Below are positions 1 to 9,839 of a stretch of 64,000 bases of DNA, piece after piece. The notes beneath the pieces were generated by a model. The model did not search any database and was not told the origin of the DNA. It saw nothing but the letters and a program-made list of their open reading frames with translations. Every line of letters begins with the position of its first letter. Within the stretch, counting starts at the first letter, position 1. Source of the DNA: a virus (lineage: Duplodnaviria; Caudoviricetes); the IMG/VR virus record IMGVR_UViG_3300028171_000090, positions 128,001-192,000 of that record; one strand, written 5' to 3'. A program made the translations under genes and the position numbers.

Positions 1-460
1 TGGTAGATACATAAGAAGTATCACGTGTACGGCTTGTATTACTATTTTTAATTTCATTGATAACAAATTTTCGGTTACTTACAATGAAGTTAATAATTAA
101 TGCCGTCACGTTTTCATCATATTTTAGTACGAAGAATTCATATAAATCCTTTGCACGCTTTGGATTGATGTCTACATATTCCAGGTTAAATTTCTTAGCA
201 ATTAATTCGATAATTTTCTCATACGTTTGGTTACGAACTTGTTTTAGCTGCTCAAGGAATTCCTCATTATCAGCATACTCCTCTTTAAAGTATTTATATC
301 GGTCACGATATATTTCTAAGAAGTTCATTTTACTCTTTGTAAACGTATTATCGATTTGCTCCTGTATTTCCTCAGCGATTAATTCAAAGTGCATTTGACT
401 AATAATATCTTCTGTTTCATTTGCTTCCGTACTAAAGTTTTCGTTCATCATGTTTAACAT
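1..460 (-). CDS. hypothetical protein, partial (runs off left edge)
   Basis: ATG at 460 with AAGGAGG SD upstream; frame open to the window edge (MLNMMNENFSTEANE...); missing from the ORF track. Confidence 0.7.
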   Translation of the reverse strand, partial: MLNMMNENFSTEANETEDIISQMHFELIAEEIQEQIDNTFTKSKMNFLEIYRDRYKYFKEEYADNEEFLEQLKQVRNQTYEKIIELIAKKFNLEYVDINPKRAKDLYEFFVLKYDENVTALIINFIVSNRKFVINEIKNSNTSRTRDTSYVST

Positions 461-524
461 GGTTTCTCCTCCTTGTAAATATCTATTATATCTAATATAT
501 AGTTTGAGAAAATGTAAAAAACTA

Positions 525-548
525 CAAGAGATGGTTTCCCATCTCTTG
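525..548 (-). terminator. intrinsic terminator
   Basis: 10-bp stem CAAGAGATGG/CCATCTCTTG, GAAA loop and T-tract on the minus strand. Confidence 0.75.
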
Positions 549-551
549 CAA

Positions 552-1229
552 TTAGTCTAGTATATGAACTTTAAATTTATCAGATATAGCTTTTATTAAA
601 TCCATCTGACCTATAACTTCCGATATATCACTACCTTTATCGAAAGACTGTTTGCTAGGATTATTTCCAGATTCAACTAGTTCTACACTAGATTTTGCAG
701 TACTATACATAGCTGAATTTATTTCTAATAATACCGAATTAACCCCTACAGGATACTTACTATAAAACTGTATTTCATTTAAAATATGATACCCTGTAGT
801 AAATCTAAATACTAAATGTTTGGTTATGAATGCCGGGGTTTTTGTCGATACATCAACCAGTTGATATTCTTTAGTTCCTGGTATCAACCATGCACCCAAT
901 CGTTGCATGGTACCATCATCCAATAATGCAAATATTTCGACACCTTTAGTTAGATATGAAGTATTTGAACCATGTTTCACTCGAATAAGACTGATATCTC
1001 TAATAGGGTAGTTTAACATTACATGAAAATATGCACCATACCCTGTACTACTTTCAGTAGTTTCGAAGAAACGGGAATCATAGTCTGGTGATTCGTCATC
1101 GAATATTTTCCAAGGATCAAACTTTTCTAAAAATTTACCTTCAAAATAAAGTTTACCAAATTTATTCTCCATGCTTGTAAATTTTGGTACAATAGGATAC
1201 AGACCGTTATACTTTTCTTTAAATGACAT
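552..1229 (-). CDS. discoidin/F5-8 type C-like paralog 1 of 8
   Basis: IVPKFT, PWKIFD, LNEIQFY, LLEIN...KFKVH motifs shared with the 7 paralogs. Confidence 0.6.
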   Translation of the reverse strand: MSFKEKYNGLYPIVPKFTSMENKFGKLYFEGKFLEKFDPWKIFDDESPDYDSRFFETTESSTGYGAYFHVMLNYPIRDISLIRVKHGSNTSYLTKGVEIFALLDDGTMQRLGAWLIPGTKEYQLVDVSTKTPAFITKHLVFRFTTGYHILNEIQFYSKYPVGVNSVLLEINSAMYSTAKSSVELVESGNNPSKQSFDKGSDISEVIGQMDLIKAISDKFKVHILD

Positions 1230-1240
1230 ACTTGCACCTC

Positions 1241-3496
1241 CTAATAATCAACTAATGAATCACGTACAAAATCTTCATAATCATCATTGTTAGAAGATTG
1301 CTGTCCATAACTTGGCTGTGCATACATATTTGGTATATAAGCTGCACCGTTACTATTGTAACCGGGTTGCTTGAATACATCGAACTGTTGCAAGTTATTA
1401 CCGTTACCGATTAAATGAGATTCACGCTCTTTATCGATATCGTCATAATAGTCTTTCAATGTTCTAAACTCTTGCGCTTCAGCCATTCTAGCTGAACGAG
1501 GGTCGTCGATAGTATCAAGGTCTGCAATTAATGTACGGTATAAATCAGCATCTACACCATTTTTATTTACTTCAGACTCTTTAATTTGTTCTAGCATTGC
1601 TTCATCGATTTCATCATCGTTTTCAAAGTCAGGGAATCGAATGATACCAAAGCGAGATAAATCATGTTCATAGTATACATACATACCTAATAAGTATGCC
1701 ATAACAACGTCATCATGTTGCCCAGGAGCATGATCGATACGTCCTGTTTTTGTATACTGTAAACCTTTGATTTCTTCTACAAGAAGATCAATATTAATAC
1801 GGTTCTTGTATTTGCGAACGAAGTTACCAAGGATATCATGCATACGTTCACGAACATTTGCACTGTTCCATAAACCGTATACTCGGCTTTCTGTGCCGAA
1901 ATCATTTGCCATTACTCCACGTTTCATTTTCTCCTTCGTATCGTCGCCTGAAATCTCATAGAACAACTTATGCTTAATATCAGTGTGTACTAAGTTACCT
2001 ACAACACCTTCCCCTTGACCGTTTCGCTCTACAACGATTAAACTGTTAGGGAATGGTCCATGGTCATTTGCGATTGCATATACCACGTTTGATAATGTAG
2101 GGATATCAATTGTGTTATTCTTTAATGCTGCTACAGGACGTTTTGTTTTCGTAGATATGACAGTAATAGCGGAGCTATCCTTACTCATACCTGCGGCAAC
2201 GTCCACTGATATAATGAATGGATATTCATAATCAGCCTGCTCATAGATTTCCAATTTAAAGTACTTGTTAATCATGATAGGTTTAGAGATTGGATAACGT
2301 TTGATGTCATCTAATTCATTCAAGTCATCTGGGTCATATGGTGAGTTAACGGCTTTGTTATTCCATTCTAACAGAACCTCACGTTTAATCTTATCCCAGT
2401 CCTTCGCTAGAGAACGTACTTGTTCTTTGAAGTATGCTTGACTTCGACCTAATTGTTTGTAGCTATATTTTACATAGAAGAATCCGTTATCAGAGTTATT
2501 GTCAACGTATTCTTTTAATTCAGGGATAGACCAATCATAGAAGTCATCGGTAAAGACTGCTGACATCTTGATGAATGCAAAGGCATCCTGTCCATGTCGT
2601 GTCTTCATATCCCCTGGTGTTGATGTAAATATCTGAGCATGTGGCTTACCATTTGCTTCAGCCTCACGAGATGCCTGAGATGCGGCTGGTGAAGCCGATT
2701 TAAAGATAATATCATTGTAACCTAAGAAGGCATACTCATCGAACCATTGTACTGGTTGTGTACAACCACGTCCTAGTTTATCGGCTTTTTCCTCAGACAT
2801 TGCTGCTGGTTTCGTCTCTAAACGATTACGTGTTTTGTCGTTGTATGCAGTCTCAACGTTTTCTTCTGCTTTTAAACGTTTACCATCTTCATTAAACTTG
2901 AATTTAAATTGAAGGTATTCAGGTAGAACATCTCGAATATTCTTAATACGAGTTAAGTTGTCCTTCGCATCTTTGTGCTCTTTATTTACTAACATCATGG
3001 TCGAGTTGGTCGTACCGAAGTTAAAGAGCCAGACAAAGTATACTGCGGTACCTATGGTTTTACCTGTTTGTCGTGGTAGTTCTGTGTACGAGTTAATATT
3101 ACAGTACGTAAGATAAAGCATAGCCAAATTACCACGATGTAATTCAAATCGTTTACCTTCACCGATACCTGCACCGGCTACTGGTATACGTGCAACTTCT
3201 CTGGCAAAGTACCAGAAGTTCCTCATACATTCCTTAATGACACGCATCTTAATTGCTAATGGTAAAGATGGGTCATATGGGTCAACACCAATTAGATTGG
3301 TATCATATAATGCTAAGAAGAACTTATTATTCTTAATACCTAATTTGGTACGTAATAGTTTTGATAATTTTAAGAAAGAGTGATTGGTGGTCTCCACGTG
3401 GACATAATATCCCGTGGAGTGACCAGCCTTCTTCCCTTTCTTCTTTACCTTTTCTTCTTTGACAAAGATATCTGGAAGATCATTTTTAATTGCCAT
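1241..3496 (-). CDS. terL: terminase large subunit
   Basis: Walker A ELPRQTGKT, Walker B QWFDE, nuclease motifs SVDVAAG and HDDVVMA. Confidence 0.92.
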   Translation of the reverse strand: MAIKNDLPDIFVKEEKVKKKGKKAGHSTGYYVHVETTNHSFLKLSKLLRTKLGIKNNKFFLALYDTNLIGVDPYDPSLPLAIKMRVIKECMRNFWYFAREVARIPVAGAGIGEGKRFELHRGNLAMLYLTYCNINSYTELPRQTGKTIGTAVYFVWLFNFGTTNSTMMLVNKEHKDAKDNLTRIKNIRDVLPEYLQFKFKFNEDGKRLKAEENVETAYNDKTRNRLETKPAAMSEEKADKLGRGCTQPVQWFDEYAFLGYNDIIFKSASPAASQASREAEANGKPHAQIFTSTPGDMKTRHGQDAFAFIKMSAVFTDDFYDWSIPELKEYVDNNSDNGFFYVKYSYKQLGRSQAYFKEQVRSLAKDWDKIKREVLLEWNNKAVNSPYDPDDLNELDDIKRYPISKPIMINKYFKLEIYEQADYEYPFIISVDVAAGMSKDSSAITVISTKTKRPVAALKNNTIDIPTLSNVVYAIANDHGPFPNSLIVVERNGQGEGVVGNLVHTDIKHKLFYEISGDDTKEKMKRGVMANDFGTESRVYGLWNSANVRERMHDILGNFVRKYKNRINIDLLVEEIKGLQYTKTGRIDHAPGQHDDVVMAYLLGMYVYYEHDLSRFGIIRFPDFENDDEIDEAMLEQIKESEVNKNGVDADLYRTLIADLDTIDDPRSARMAEAQEFRTLKDYYDDIDKERESHLIGNGNNLQQFDVFKQPGYNSNGAAYIPNMYAQPSYGQQSSNNDDYEDFVRDSLVDY

Positions 3497-3502
3497 AGAT
3501 TA

Positions 3503-4723
3503 TCACCCCTGATATCCGTCAGGATATTGGACGAAGATTCCATAACTCTTTTCTTTAATCTTTACATCTTTTGTCTTCTTCAGCATTTCTAATAAACGGT
3601 TACGATTCGAATTGATTTCTGTCATCTTATGACGGTCGTCTTTATAAGCGATAGCAGAATCATCCAATTGAGAGATACGTTTATGGATTTTGTATACGAC
3701 TGACATCTTATCATCAACCGTTTCAATCATCTCCATTTCTACTCCAAGGATGTCAATATCTTTCTTCGTCACCTTTATCGGGCTAATGATTTCTCGAAGG
3801 AATCCTTCTTGAATACCCGTGCTGTAAAGCTTAATACGGTCTTCCATACCGAATCCATTTTTAAATAGGAAGCGGTGGAACTCATCAATCATAGACTTAA
3901 CATACGTACGACGTTCTTTACGAGCTTCGGTTTTCAGATTCTCCATAATGTAACGTTTACGTGTACGAGTCGCCATTAACATCTTCACATAAGCTTGTGC
4001 ATTAGCCATTGCTGACATACTAGATGCTAAGCGGATACGATAATGTTTTTGAATCTTATGGATGGCAGAATGTAATTCTTGCCCGTAACCCCAATCGATT
4101 ACAAACTTGTCTGCACGTTTTTCCATTTGAATACTTTCATCAGTATTAAAGAATTGAGCATGTTTTAAGTAATCAATAATGTAAAGACGAGTAATCATAT
4201 TCGCTGATTTCTTTACTTTATCATTACTTGCTTCTGTAATAATATCGAACTCATCATTATTGATACGTTCTGTAGAAATAGCATCTGAATATAACAACTT
4301 CATTTCCGAGTGCTTTGCTTTGTAGTCCATAATATGACCTACTTCATGTAGCATAACAGCTGTTAATTCTTTTGCAGTAAATTTAGCAACCATGTCTGTT
4401 AGAACACGTTCGTCAATCTCAATGATATAACGGATGTTCTCAATAACACGTTTTGCACTTGGTTCCCATTTACCTTTATCGGCAGTCTCACCATAGATTA
4501 AATCGTTTGCTAATACGTTTAATTGGTTACGAATTGGATATACACTCATTACGAATGGTTCTCCATCGTTTGGTGATATGATAATGCTTTCACAATTCAT
4601 ACCTCGATTAAATTTACGATTCAATACGCGAGCCATGTCTTCTAGTTTCTTTTCTCTAGTTGTGACATTCAGCTGTAAGTCTGTAAAACAGTCTTCTAAA
4701 TATTGTAGGTTTCCATCTTTCAT
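3503..4723 (-). CDS. zincin-like metalloprotease, probably virion-associated
   Basis: MLHEVGH (HExxH) and downstream EKRAD; lies between capsid and terminase genes. Confidence 0.65.
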   Translation of the reverse strand: MKDGNLQYLEDCFTDLQLNVTTREKKLEDMARVLNRKFNRGMNCESIIISPNDGEPFVMSVYPIRNQLNVLANDLIYGETADKGKWEPSAKRVIENIRYIIEIDERVLTDMVAKFTAKELTAVMLHEVGHIMDYKAKHSEMKLLYSDAISTERINNDEFDIITEASNDKVKKSANMITRLYIIDYLKHAQFFNTDESIQMEKRADKFVIDWGYGQELHSAIHKIQKHYRIRLASSMSAMANAQAYVKMLMATRTRKRYIMENLKTEARKERRTYVKSMIDEFHRFLFKNGFGMEDRIKLYSTGIQEGFLREIISPIKVTKKDIDILGVEMEMIETVDDKMSVVYKIHKRISQLDDSAIAYKDDRHKMTEINSNRNRLLEMLKKTKDVKIKEKSYGIFVQYPDGYQG

Positions 4724-4750
4724 GGGTAAAAGCCCCTTTCTTTTTATGGT

Positions 4751-4762
4751 TATTTACATGTC
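4751..4762 (-). promoter_or_regulatory. variant late promoter GACA-N6-TA
   Basis: GACA TGTAAA TA on minus, just after the capsid terminator; one mismatch to the consensus. Confidence 0.4.
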
Positions 4763-4774
4763 GAAAAAATAAAT

Positions 4775-4798
4775 CCCCATAACCAAAAGGTTATGGGG
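4775..4798 (-). terminator. intrinsic terminator after major capsid gene
   Basis: 10-bp stem CCCCATAACC/GGTTATGGGG with T-rich tail. Confidence 0.75.
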
Positions 4799-4821
4799 TA
4801 TTTTATTATCAGGCAGCTATA

Positions 4822-6495
4822 TTAAACGTCGTAACGACCGTAGATTTCAGAAGAACCTAATACGTCGTTGTTGATAAGTTTAACTTCACCTTGAATTGGA
4901 ATAACTTCATCAGTTAAGCTACGTTCGAATAACATTACTGAAGGAATACGTACGTTTTCAGCCATACGGTATCCGTTAGAGATTACGAATTGGTATTCGA
5001 AATGTTTGTAAGTAATGTGTTCAGCAGTAGTTGGGATTAAGACTACTTGTAATGATCCTTGAGTAGCACGCTCAGATGATACAACGAAGAATCGTTTTTG
5101 GTTATTGTATAAACCAATGTTGTAGTCAAGTTTAATTCCACCAACTTCAGCATCTTGTCCGTAAATCCAGTTTACTTGGTCAAGTAATTTAACATCCATA
5201 GGGTTGCCCATTACTGCGAAGTATACGTTTTGGTTACGTAAGATGTAGCTTAAAGAGATTGCTAGACGGTCTAGAGTCTCTTTTAACTCGATTTGTCTCC
5301 ATTCAGTTGGAGTTTTAGTGTAGCTGCTTGGTGGTTTGCAGTCAAAGATAGCACGTTGGTAATGTTTTGTACCAACTAAACGAGATTTAGAATCATCTAA
5401 GTAACGTTTGATTTTGATATCTTTTAATTGTGTAACTGTGTCTGTCATTGTTTGAATTGCTTTCGCAGTTGTATCAATGTTATAGATGATTTTTTCATCT
5501 TTGATACGTTCTTCAGTCAGACCAGTTGCTAAATGATCGCCATCAGGAATAACGAATTGTTTCGTTTCTTTATCCCAACCGCTTGAAGCAGTACGTAAGT
5601 GGTTTTCACTAGATAGAGAACCGCTAACAGTAAATGCTTTAATTTTTTGCTGTACGCTACCAATGTTGATAAGACCTGTTTCGAAGTCAACTGAACCTTG
5701 AACGATATCAGTAACTGAAGCAGCAGGTTTAGTAACATTGCCTGTACCTTCTTCTTTTACTTCTTCTGTTTTAGCTGTGATTGTTTTATTGAATAAACCA
5801 GAACCAGCTTCAACAGGAATACGTGTTTTAACAACAACGTCAGTACCTTTAACATCTACAGTTACAGAACTAATGAAGAAGTCACGAGAAAGTGTATCTT
5901 GTTGTAATGTAGAACCGCCAGATGCTTCGATTAAGTTATATTCGAAATTTGGTACTGCGATTGGTTTATCAGTTAAGCGTTGACGTACTGCACCCATGAT
6001 TTCATCAACGTTTTCGTCGAATGCTTCTGGTAAGTAGAATTTCTTACCTTTAGAATCTTGTAGGTACAGACGTTCGATACCGATGTTAACAACTGGAGCA
6101 GTTGCAACTTCAGTAGGAATGAAGTCTTTATATACACAGTTTACCCAGTAACGTTTAAGTAATGGGAATGTAAGACCAACAATTGGATTTAAGTTTGAAG
6201 AGTAAGACTCAGAAAGAATTTCTTTACGAGCATTCTCAAACATTTGGTCTAATTTTAAAGCGTTACGTTGGTGCATTCCAGCATCGTTGTTAATTGGAGC
6301 AGTTACGTAATCCTCTAAAAGGATTTCTTTGTACTGTTCTAATAAGTTTTCATACTGGATGATATTGCCGATATCCTTTGCATAGTCCAGATTATGTTCT
6401 GAAGCAAAAGATTCAGATAAGCGTGATAACGTTTGCACGAAACCTTGCGCTCCGTTTTCAATAAATGAGCCAACCGTAGGTGTGTTTTCGATCAT
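4822..6495 (-). CDS. major capsid protein
   Basis: 557 aa, biased codon usage typical of high expression, own late promoter and terminator, putative propeptide site ILSE96/S, position in head module. Confidence 0.75.
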   Translation of the reverse strand: MIENTPTVGSFIENGAQGFVQTLSRLSESFASEHNLDYAKDIGNIIQYENLLEQYKEILLEDYVTAPINNDAGMHQRNALKLDQMFENARKEILSESYSSNLNPIVGLTFPLLKRYWVNCVYKDFIPTEVATAPVVNIGIERLYLQDSKGKKFYLPEAFDENVDEIMGAVRQRLTDKPIAVPNFEYNLIEASGGSTLQQDTLSRDFFISSVTVDVKGTDVVVKTRIPVEAGSGLFNKTITAKTEEVKEEGTGNVTKPAASVTDIVQGSVDFETGLINIGSVQQKIKAFTVSGSLSSENHLRTASSGWDKETKQFVIPDGDHLATGLTEERIKDEKIIYNIDTTAKAIQTMTDTVTQLKDIKIKRYLDDSKSRLVGTKHYQRAIFDCKPPSSYTKTPTEWRQIELKETLDRLAISLSYILRNQNVYFAVMGNPMDVKLLDQVNWIYGQDAEVGGIKLDYNIGLYNNQKRFFVVSSERATQGSLQVVLIPTTAEHITYKHFEYQFVISNGYRMAENVRIPSVMLFERSLTDEVIPIQGEVKLINNDVLGSSEIYGRYDV

Positions 6496-6547
6496 TCTAA
6501 TCTCTCCTTTTTATCCAAAGTAACAATAGGATTCTTTTCAATTCAGT

Positions 6548-6559
6548 TATATAATTGTT
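6548..6559 (-). promoter_or_regulatory. late promoter AACA-N6-TA
   Basis: AACA ATTATA TA upstream of capsid gene. Confidence 0.65.
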
Positions 6560-7200
6560 TATTTTTCATTTCTCATATCATTAACTTTTGCAATTATTTG
6601 AGTACATATTTTCAAAGATGTTTCAAATTTGTAATAAAGTACCAAATTTTGCTCGTAACTATCCTGAGAAAATTTATAAATCATATAATCATATACTGTT
6701 TGTTTCAGTCTCCCAATCTCATCTTGTGCATATCGAATAAGAGCTGTCTCCTTTTGTCCAATGGTATCTACTTTTGTCAATTGATTTGATGTTGTACTAA
6801 TCAGGGTATATAGCTCAGACATTTCCTCTAATAATTGTTTCTTTTTGAGGACTGAGTTGTCTGTCTCTTCTTCTCCCTCTGTTCCATCACCAGATTCGTC
6901 ACCATCAGTGCCGTCTTCAGTAGCACCATCACCACTATCTGGTTCGCCATCAGTATCAGTGCCGTCCCCAGAAGTATCATCTCCCATGTCATCTCCACCG
7001 GTACCATCTGGGTTATCTTCTGCCGTAGTGTCGTCGCCAGTAGTATCATCTGGGGAATCACCTCCGTCATCATCAGCTGCACTTAATTCATCTGACATAT
7101 CTAGGTCAGCAGACCCTGGTGCATCTTCTAGTGTAGCAGGCTTGTCTTTCTTGTCATCGTCTCCAGCTTCACTTAATAGACGAAATAATAATGGATTCAT
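6559..7200 (-). CDS. acidic head protein, scaffold/core candidate
   Basis: D/G/T-rich N-half, helical C-half, N-terminal LLSE/A site, directly upstream of capsid gene. Confidence 0.45.
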   Translation of the reverse strand: MNPLLFRLLSEAGDDDKKDKPATLEDAPGSADLDMSDELSAADDDGGDSPDDTTGDDTTAEDNPDGTGGDDMGDDTSGDGTDTDGEPDSGDGATEDGTDGDESGDGTEGEEETDNSVLKKKQLLEEMSELYTLISTTSNQLTKVDTIGQKETALIRYAQDEIGRLKQTVYDYMIYKFSQDSYEQNLVLYYKFETSLKICTQIIAKVNDMRNEK

Positions 7201-7218
7201 AATCGTACCTCCTTGTTG

Positions 7219-7863
7219 TTATTTAATTGTATGAATCTTAAATGACTCACCTGTATTTTTAATAGCTTCCATATGATTAGGAATCATAGCTATTGGCAAA
7301 CTGTACTTGTCGAATACCTCTGTAGTATAATCAATCGAATCATTTACTCGTAGCATATTACCATTAGAGATAGTATACATTCGGTTACCGATTTCCAATA
7401 ATGATTTTTCATCTTTTTTAATTCCTAGTAATTGGATTTCAGCAATATAGTTACCATCTCTATTTGCCATAAATCCTAATTTAATAGTTTTTCCTGTCGG
7501 TGGCAATGAGAGCGTGTGTTCTTCATCCATAATCCCACCATTATTTGTCCACCAAGCTAATTTGGATGCAAAAGTAGTAATAAGTGCATCATCAGTATAC
7601 ACTGATATGGATTTAATATCAGTAAATCCATTACCATTGGTTTTAAGTCTTATTGCATGTAGTGTCACAGGTACATCAAAGGCTACACTAATCGATGCTG
7701 ATGTTAAATTTGCACCCCAACCCCAAGTCTCTGCTGATTGGATGCTTGAATCAAACGCTTTCCATGCAGGGTATTGAGAATCACGTTCACTCGATGCCGA
7801 TATCGTTACTCCTGGTCCTGTATATCCAGTCAATGTCGGTACTAAACTTTCTAAAGTTGCCAT
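7219..7863 (-). CDS. discoidin-like paralog 2
   Basis: LVPTLT, AWKAFD, IAEIQL, LLEIG...FKIH. Confidence 0.65.
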   Translation of the reverse strand: MATLESLVPTLTGYTGPGVTISASSERDSQYPAWKAFDSSIQSAETWGWGANLTSASISVAFDVPVTLHAIRLKTNGNGFTDIKSISVYTDDALITTFASKLAWWTNNGGIMDEEHTLSLPPTGKTIKLGFMANRDGNYIAEIQLLGIKKDEKSLLEIGNRMYTISNGNMLRVNDSIDYTTEVFDKYSLPIAMIPNHMEAIKNTGESFKIHTIK

Positions 7864-7877
7864 ATTATCACCTCCTA

Positions 7878-8498
7878 TTATGTAATTACCGTTTGTATTT
7901 TAAATTTATCAGACATGATCTTTATACTATCCATACCTTTAGTAATATCTGATAAAGAAGTACTTTGATCTACAAGGTCTAATGTAAAATCATGAGTTTC
8001 AGATACAAGCGTTAGCTTGTCACCTATAAATGAAAATAACTTTCCATCTATTTCTACAAGAGACTTCATTTTATATCCCCATAGAACTATCTCTTGTATG
8101 AATGAACTAGAATTACCTACATAAAATTGTAGTGCAACTGTCTTCCCTGTTTTTGGTTGTGCTAATTTAAATTCATTGGTCACAAGCCTATTTTCATAAA
8201 CTATTTTAACTGAAAATGATTCATCTTGACCTCCATCCACTATGATAGATTCTTTTGTAATACTAGTAAGACCTGTATAACTTGTTTTTACATCAAATTG
8301 CGTGATTATAATGGGACTATCAAACTCTATCGTAATAGTGCGCCAACCAGTCCCGGCTAAGGACCATGCATACTGCTCTCCATTAATCTCAGTTCGTCCA
8401 TCAAAAGCTTTCCATGCAGTTTCACCACCAGATGTTATCTTTATACCTGGTCCTTGTGCACTTGTTAACTTAGGAACTAAACTTTCTAAAGTTGCCAT
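7878..8498 (-). CDS. discoidin-like paralog 3
   Basis: LVPKLT, AWKAFDG, IQEIVL, LVEIDG...KFKIQ. Confidence 0.65.
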   Translation of the reverse strand: MATLESLVPKLTSAQGPGIKITSGGETAWKAFDGRTEINGEQYAWSLAGTGWRTITIEFDSPIIITQFDVKTSYTGLTSITKESIIVDGGQDESFSVKIVYENRLVTNEFKLAQPKTGKTVALQFYVGNSSSFIQEIVLWGYKMKSLVEIDGKLFSFIGDKLTLVSETHDFTLDLVDQSTSLSDITKGMDSIKIMSDKFKIQTVIT

Positions 8499-8511
8499 TA
8501 GTAATACCTCC

Positions 8512-9159
8512 TTATAACGTTTCTACATAATGTAGTTTATACTTCGGATAATTCTCTTGCAGATACTGTAATAGTGGAATTTCTTTTCCATTAAATAGTA
8601 TCTTCTCGTTATGAAGTTCTTTTATAAATAATGATGGGGCTGATAGATATAACTCCTTTGTCATATCCGTAGCATTCCCTATCACATTTATCGCTTTATT
8701 AACGATAGTACATACTTTCCCATCAATTTCTAAAAATACAGGAGGGCTATCCGTATATACTTGTACGTCATAGATATCTGCAATCCAAGCATTAGCTGAA
8801 TCTTTTCCTCGGGCATCTATATAAAACACAATTTCTTCGTATACCGCCGCTGTAATATTAATTGTAACATTTCGTATATTACCTGACGTGTACGATGTGA
8901 TATTAGCCAATGGACCACCTGGCTTTTTACCCTGTATTGTCACACTTCCGTAGTTATATAGGTCAAACATTACCGATGTAACTTTGACAGGTTTATTAAA
9001 TTTAACACTTACAGCCGGATATGATGCTTGAATACGTACTGATGTAGCAGAATTTCTATCCACCATTTGGGGATAGAAAGTATTTCTATTTGTTTCTACC
9101 ACAGATACACCGTTAGTTGGACTAACGGTCATCTTAGGTATTAATGGTATATTTGCCAT
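8512..9159 (-). CDS. discoidin-like paralog 4
   Basis: LIPKMT, IYDVQVY, FLEIDG...KYKLH. Confidence 0.55.
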   Translation of the reverse strand: MANIPLIPKMTVSPTNGVSVVETNRNTFYPQMVDRNSATSVRIQASYPAVSVKFNKPVKVTSVMFDLYNYGSVTIQGKKPGGPLANITSYTSGNIRNVTINITAAVYEEIVFYIDARGKDSANAWIADIYDVQVYTDSPPVFLEIDGKVCTIVNKAINVIGNATDMTKELYLSAPSLFIKELHNEKILFNGKEIPLLQYLQENYPKYKLHYVETL

Positions 9160-9162
9160 AAC

Positions 9163-9828
9163 TTAACCTCCTAATTTTCCATACAGCTTAAAATCTTCTA
9201 ATGTATTGATAAACGGTATTTGATTACCGTCCACCGTAACGGGTTCATATAATACTGATAATGCAAACCCTTCAGTAAATGAAGCGATATCAGGTTCATT
9301 TAAGTTACTTACAAGTTTTAAAGCTTTATTTTGTATAGTATACAATTTACCTTTCATCGCTAGAAGATACACTTGTGGTACCTTTGTACCAAATATCTGC
9401 ATTTCAGGTATTATTGTATAGGTAGAATCTGCGGTAAATCTCATTTTAATACACTTACCCATAATAGGTGATGTGAAGTTGACACGTTTAAGTGTATCAT
9501 TTATAGTAAAGCCTACAGGTTTACTATCTTTTAAAATTAGACTTTGATCAGTATTACCAGCATACATTTCAACAGTCTGTATTGTACCTGCCCCTTTAGT
9601 GTTACCTACAGCTCTGTAGAACTCTAGATATGCTACACTAACAACATAAGGAAAATAAATTATTAAATGATGTGGTACTACCGCACTATTATTCCAATAC
9701 CAACCAAAATCATCAGTTTTTTTATCAAATGACATCCATGCAGGACCGTTAGATGTAAAATCACTTTGAGTGATACTAATATTACTAGTAGTTTGCCCTG
9801 TCATTTTAGGAACTAAAGCTTCAGTCAT
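9163..9828 (-). CDS. discoidin-like paralog 5
   Basis: LVPKMT, AWMSFD, IPEMQIF, C-terminal FKLY. Confidence 0.65.
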   Translation of the reverse strand: MTEALVPKMTGQTTSNISITQSDFTSNGPAWMSFDKKTDDFGWYWNNSAVVPHHLIIYFPYVVSVAYLEFYRAVGNTKGAGTIQTVEMYAGNTDQSLILKDSKPVGFTINDTLKRVNFTSPIMGKCIKMRFTADSTYTIIPEMQIFGTKVPQVYLLAMKGKLYTIQNKALKLVSNLNEPDIASFTEGFALSVLYEPVTVDGNQIPFINTLEDFKLYGKLGG

Positions 9829-9839
9829 ATTAAAACCTC

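Noticed and set aside
57-398. Plus-strand 113-aa ORF and the many other short antisense or nested ORFs in the track (e.g. 6845..7234, 18962..19366, 30700..31131, 49897..50301, 56406..56759)
   Set aside because: Shadows of well-supported genes on the other strand or frame; no SD or promoter support
481-505. Possible early promoter CTATATATTAG-ATATA-ATA for the left-edge gene
   Set aside because: Mismatches in both elements; too weak in AT-rich DNA
6828-7100. Imperfect GAT/GAC/GGT repeats
   Set aside because: Explained by the D/G/T-rich coding sequence of 6559..7200
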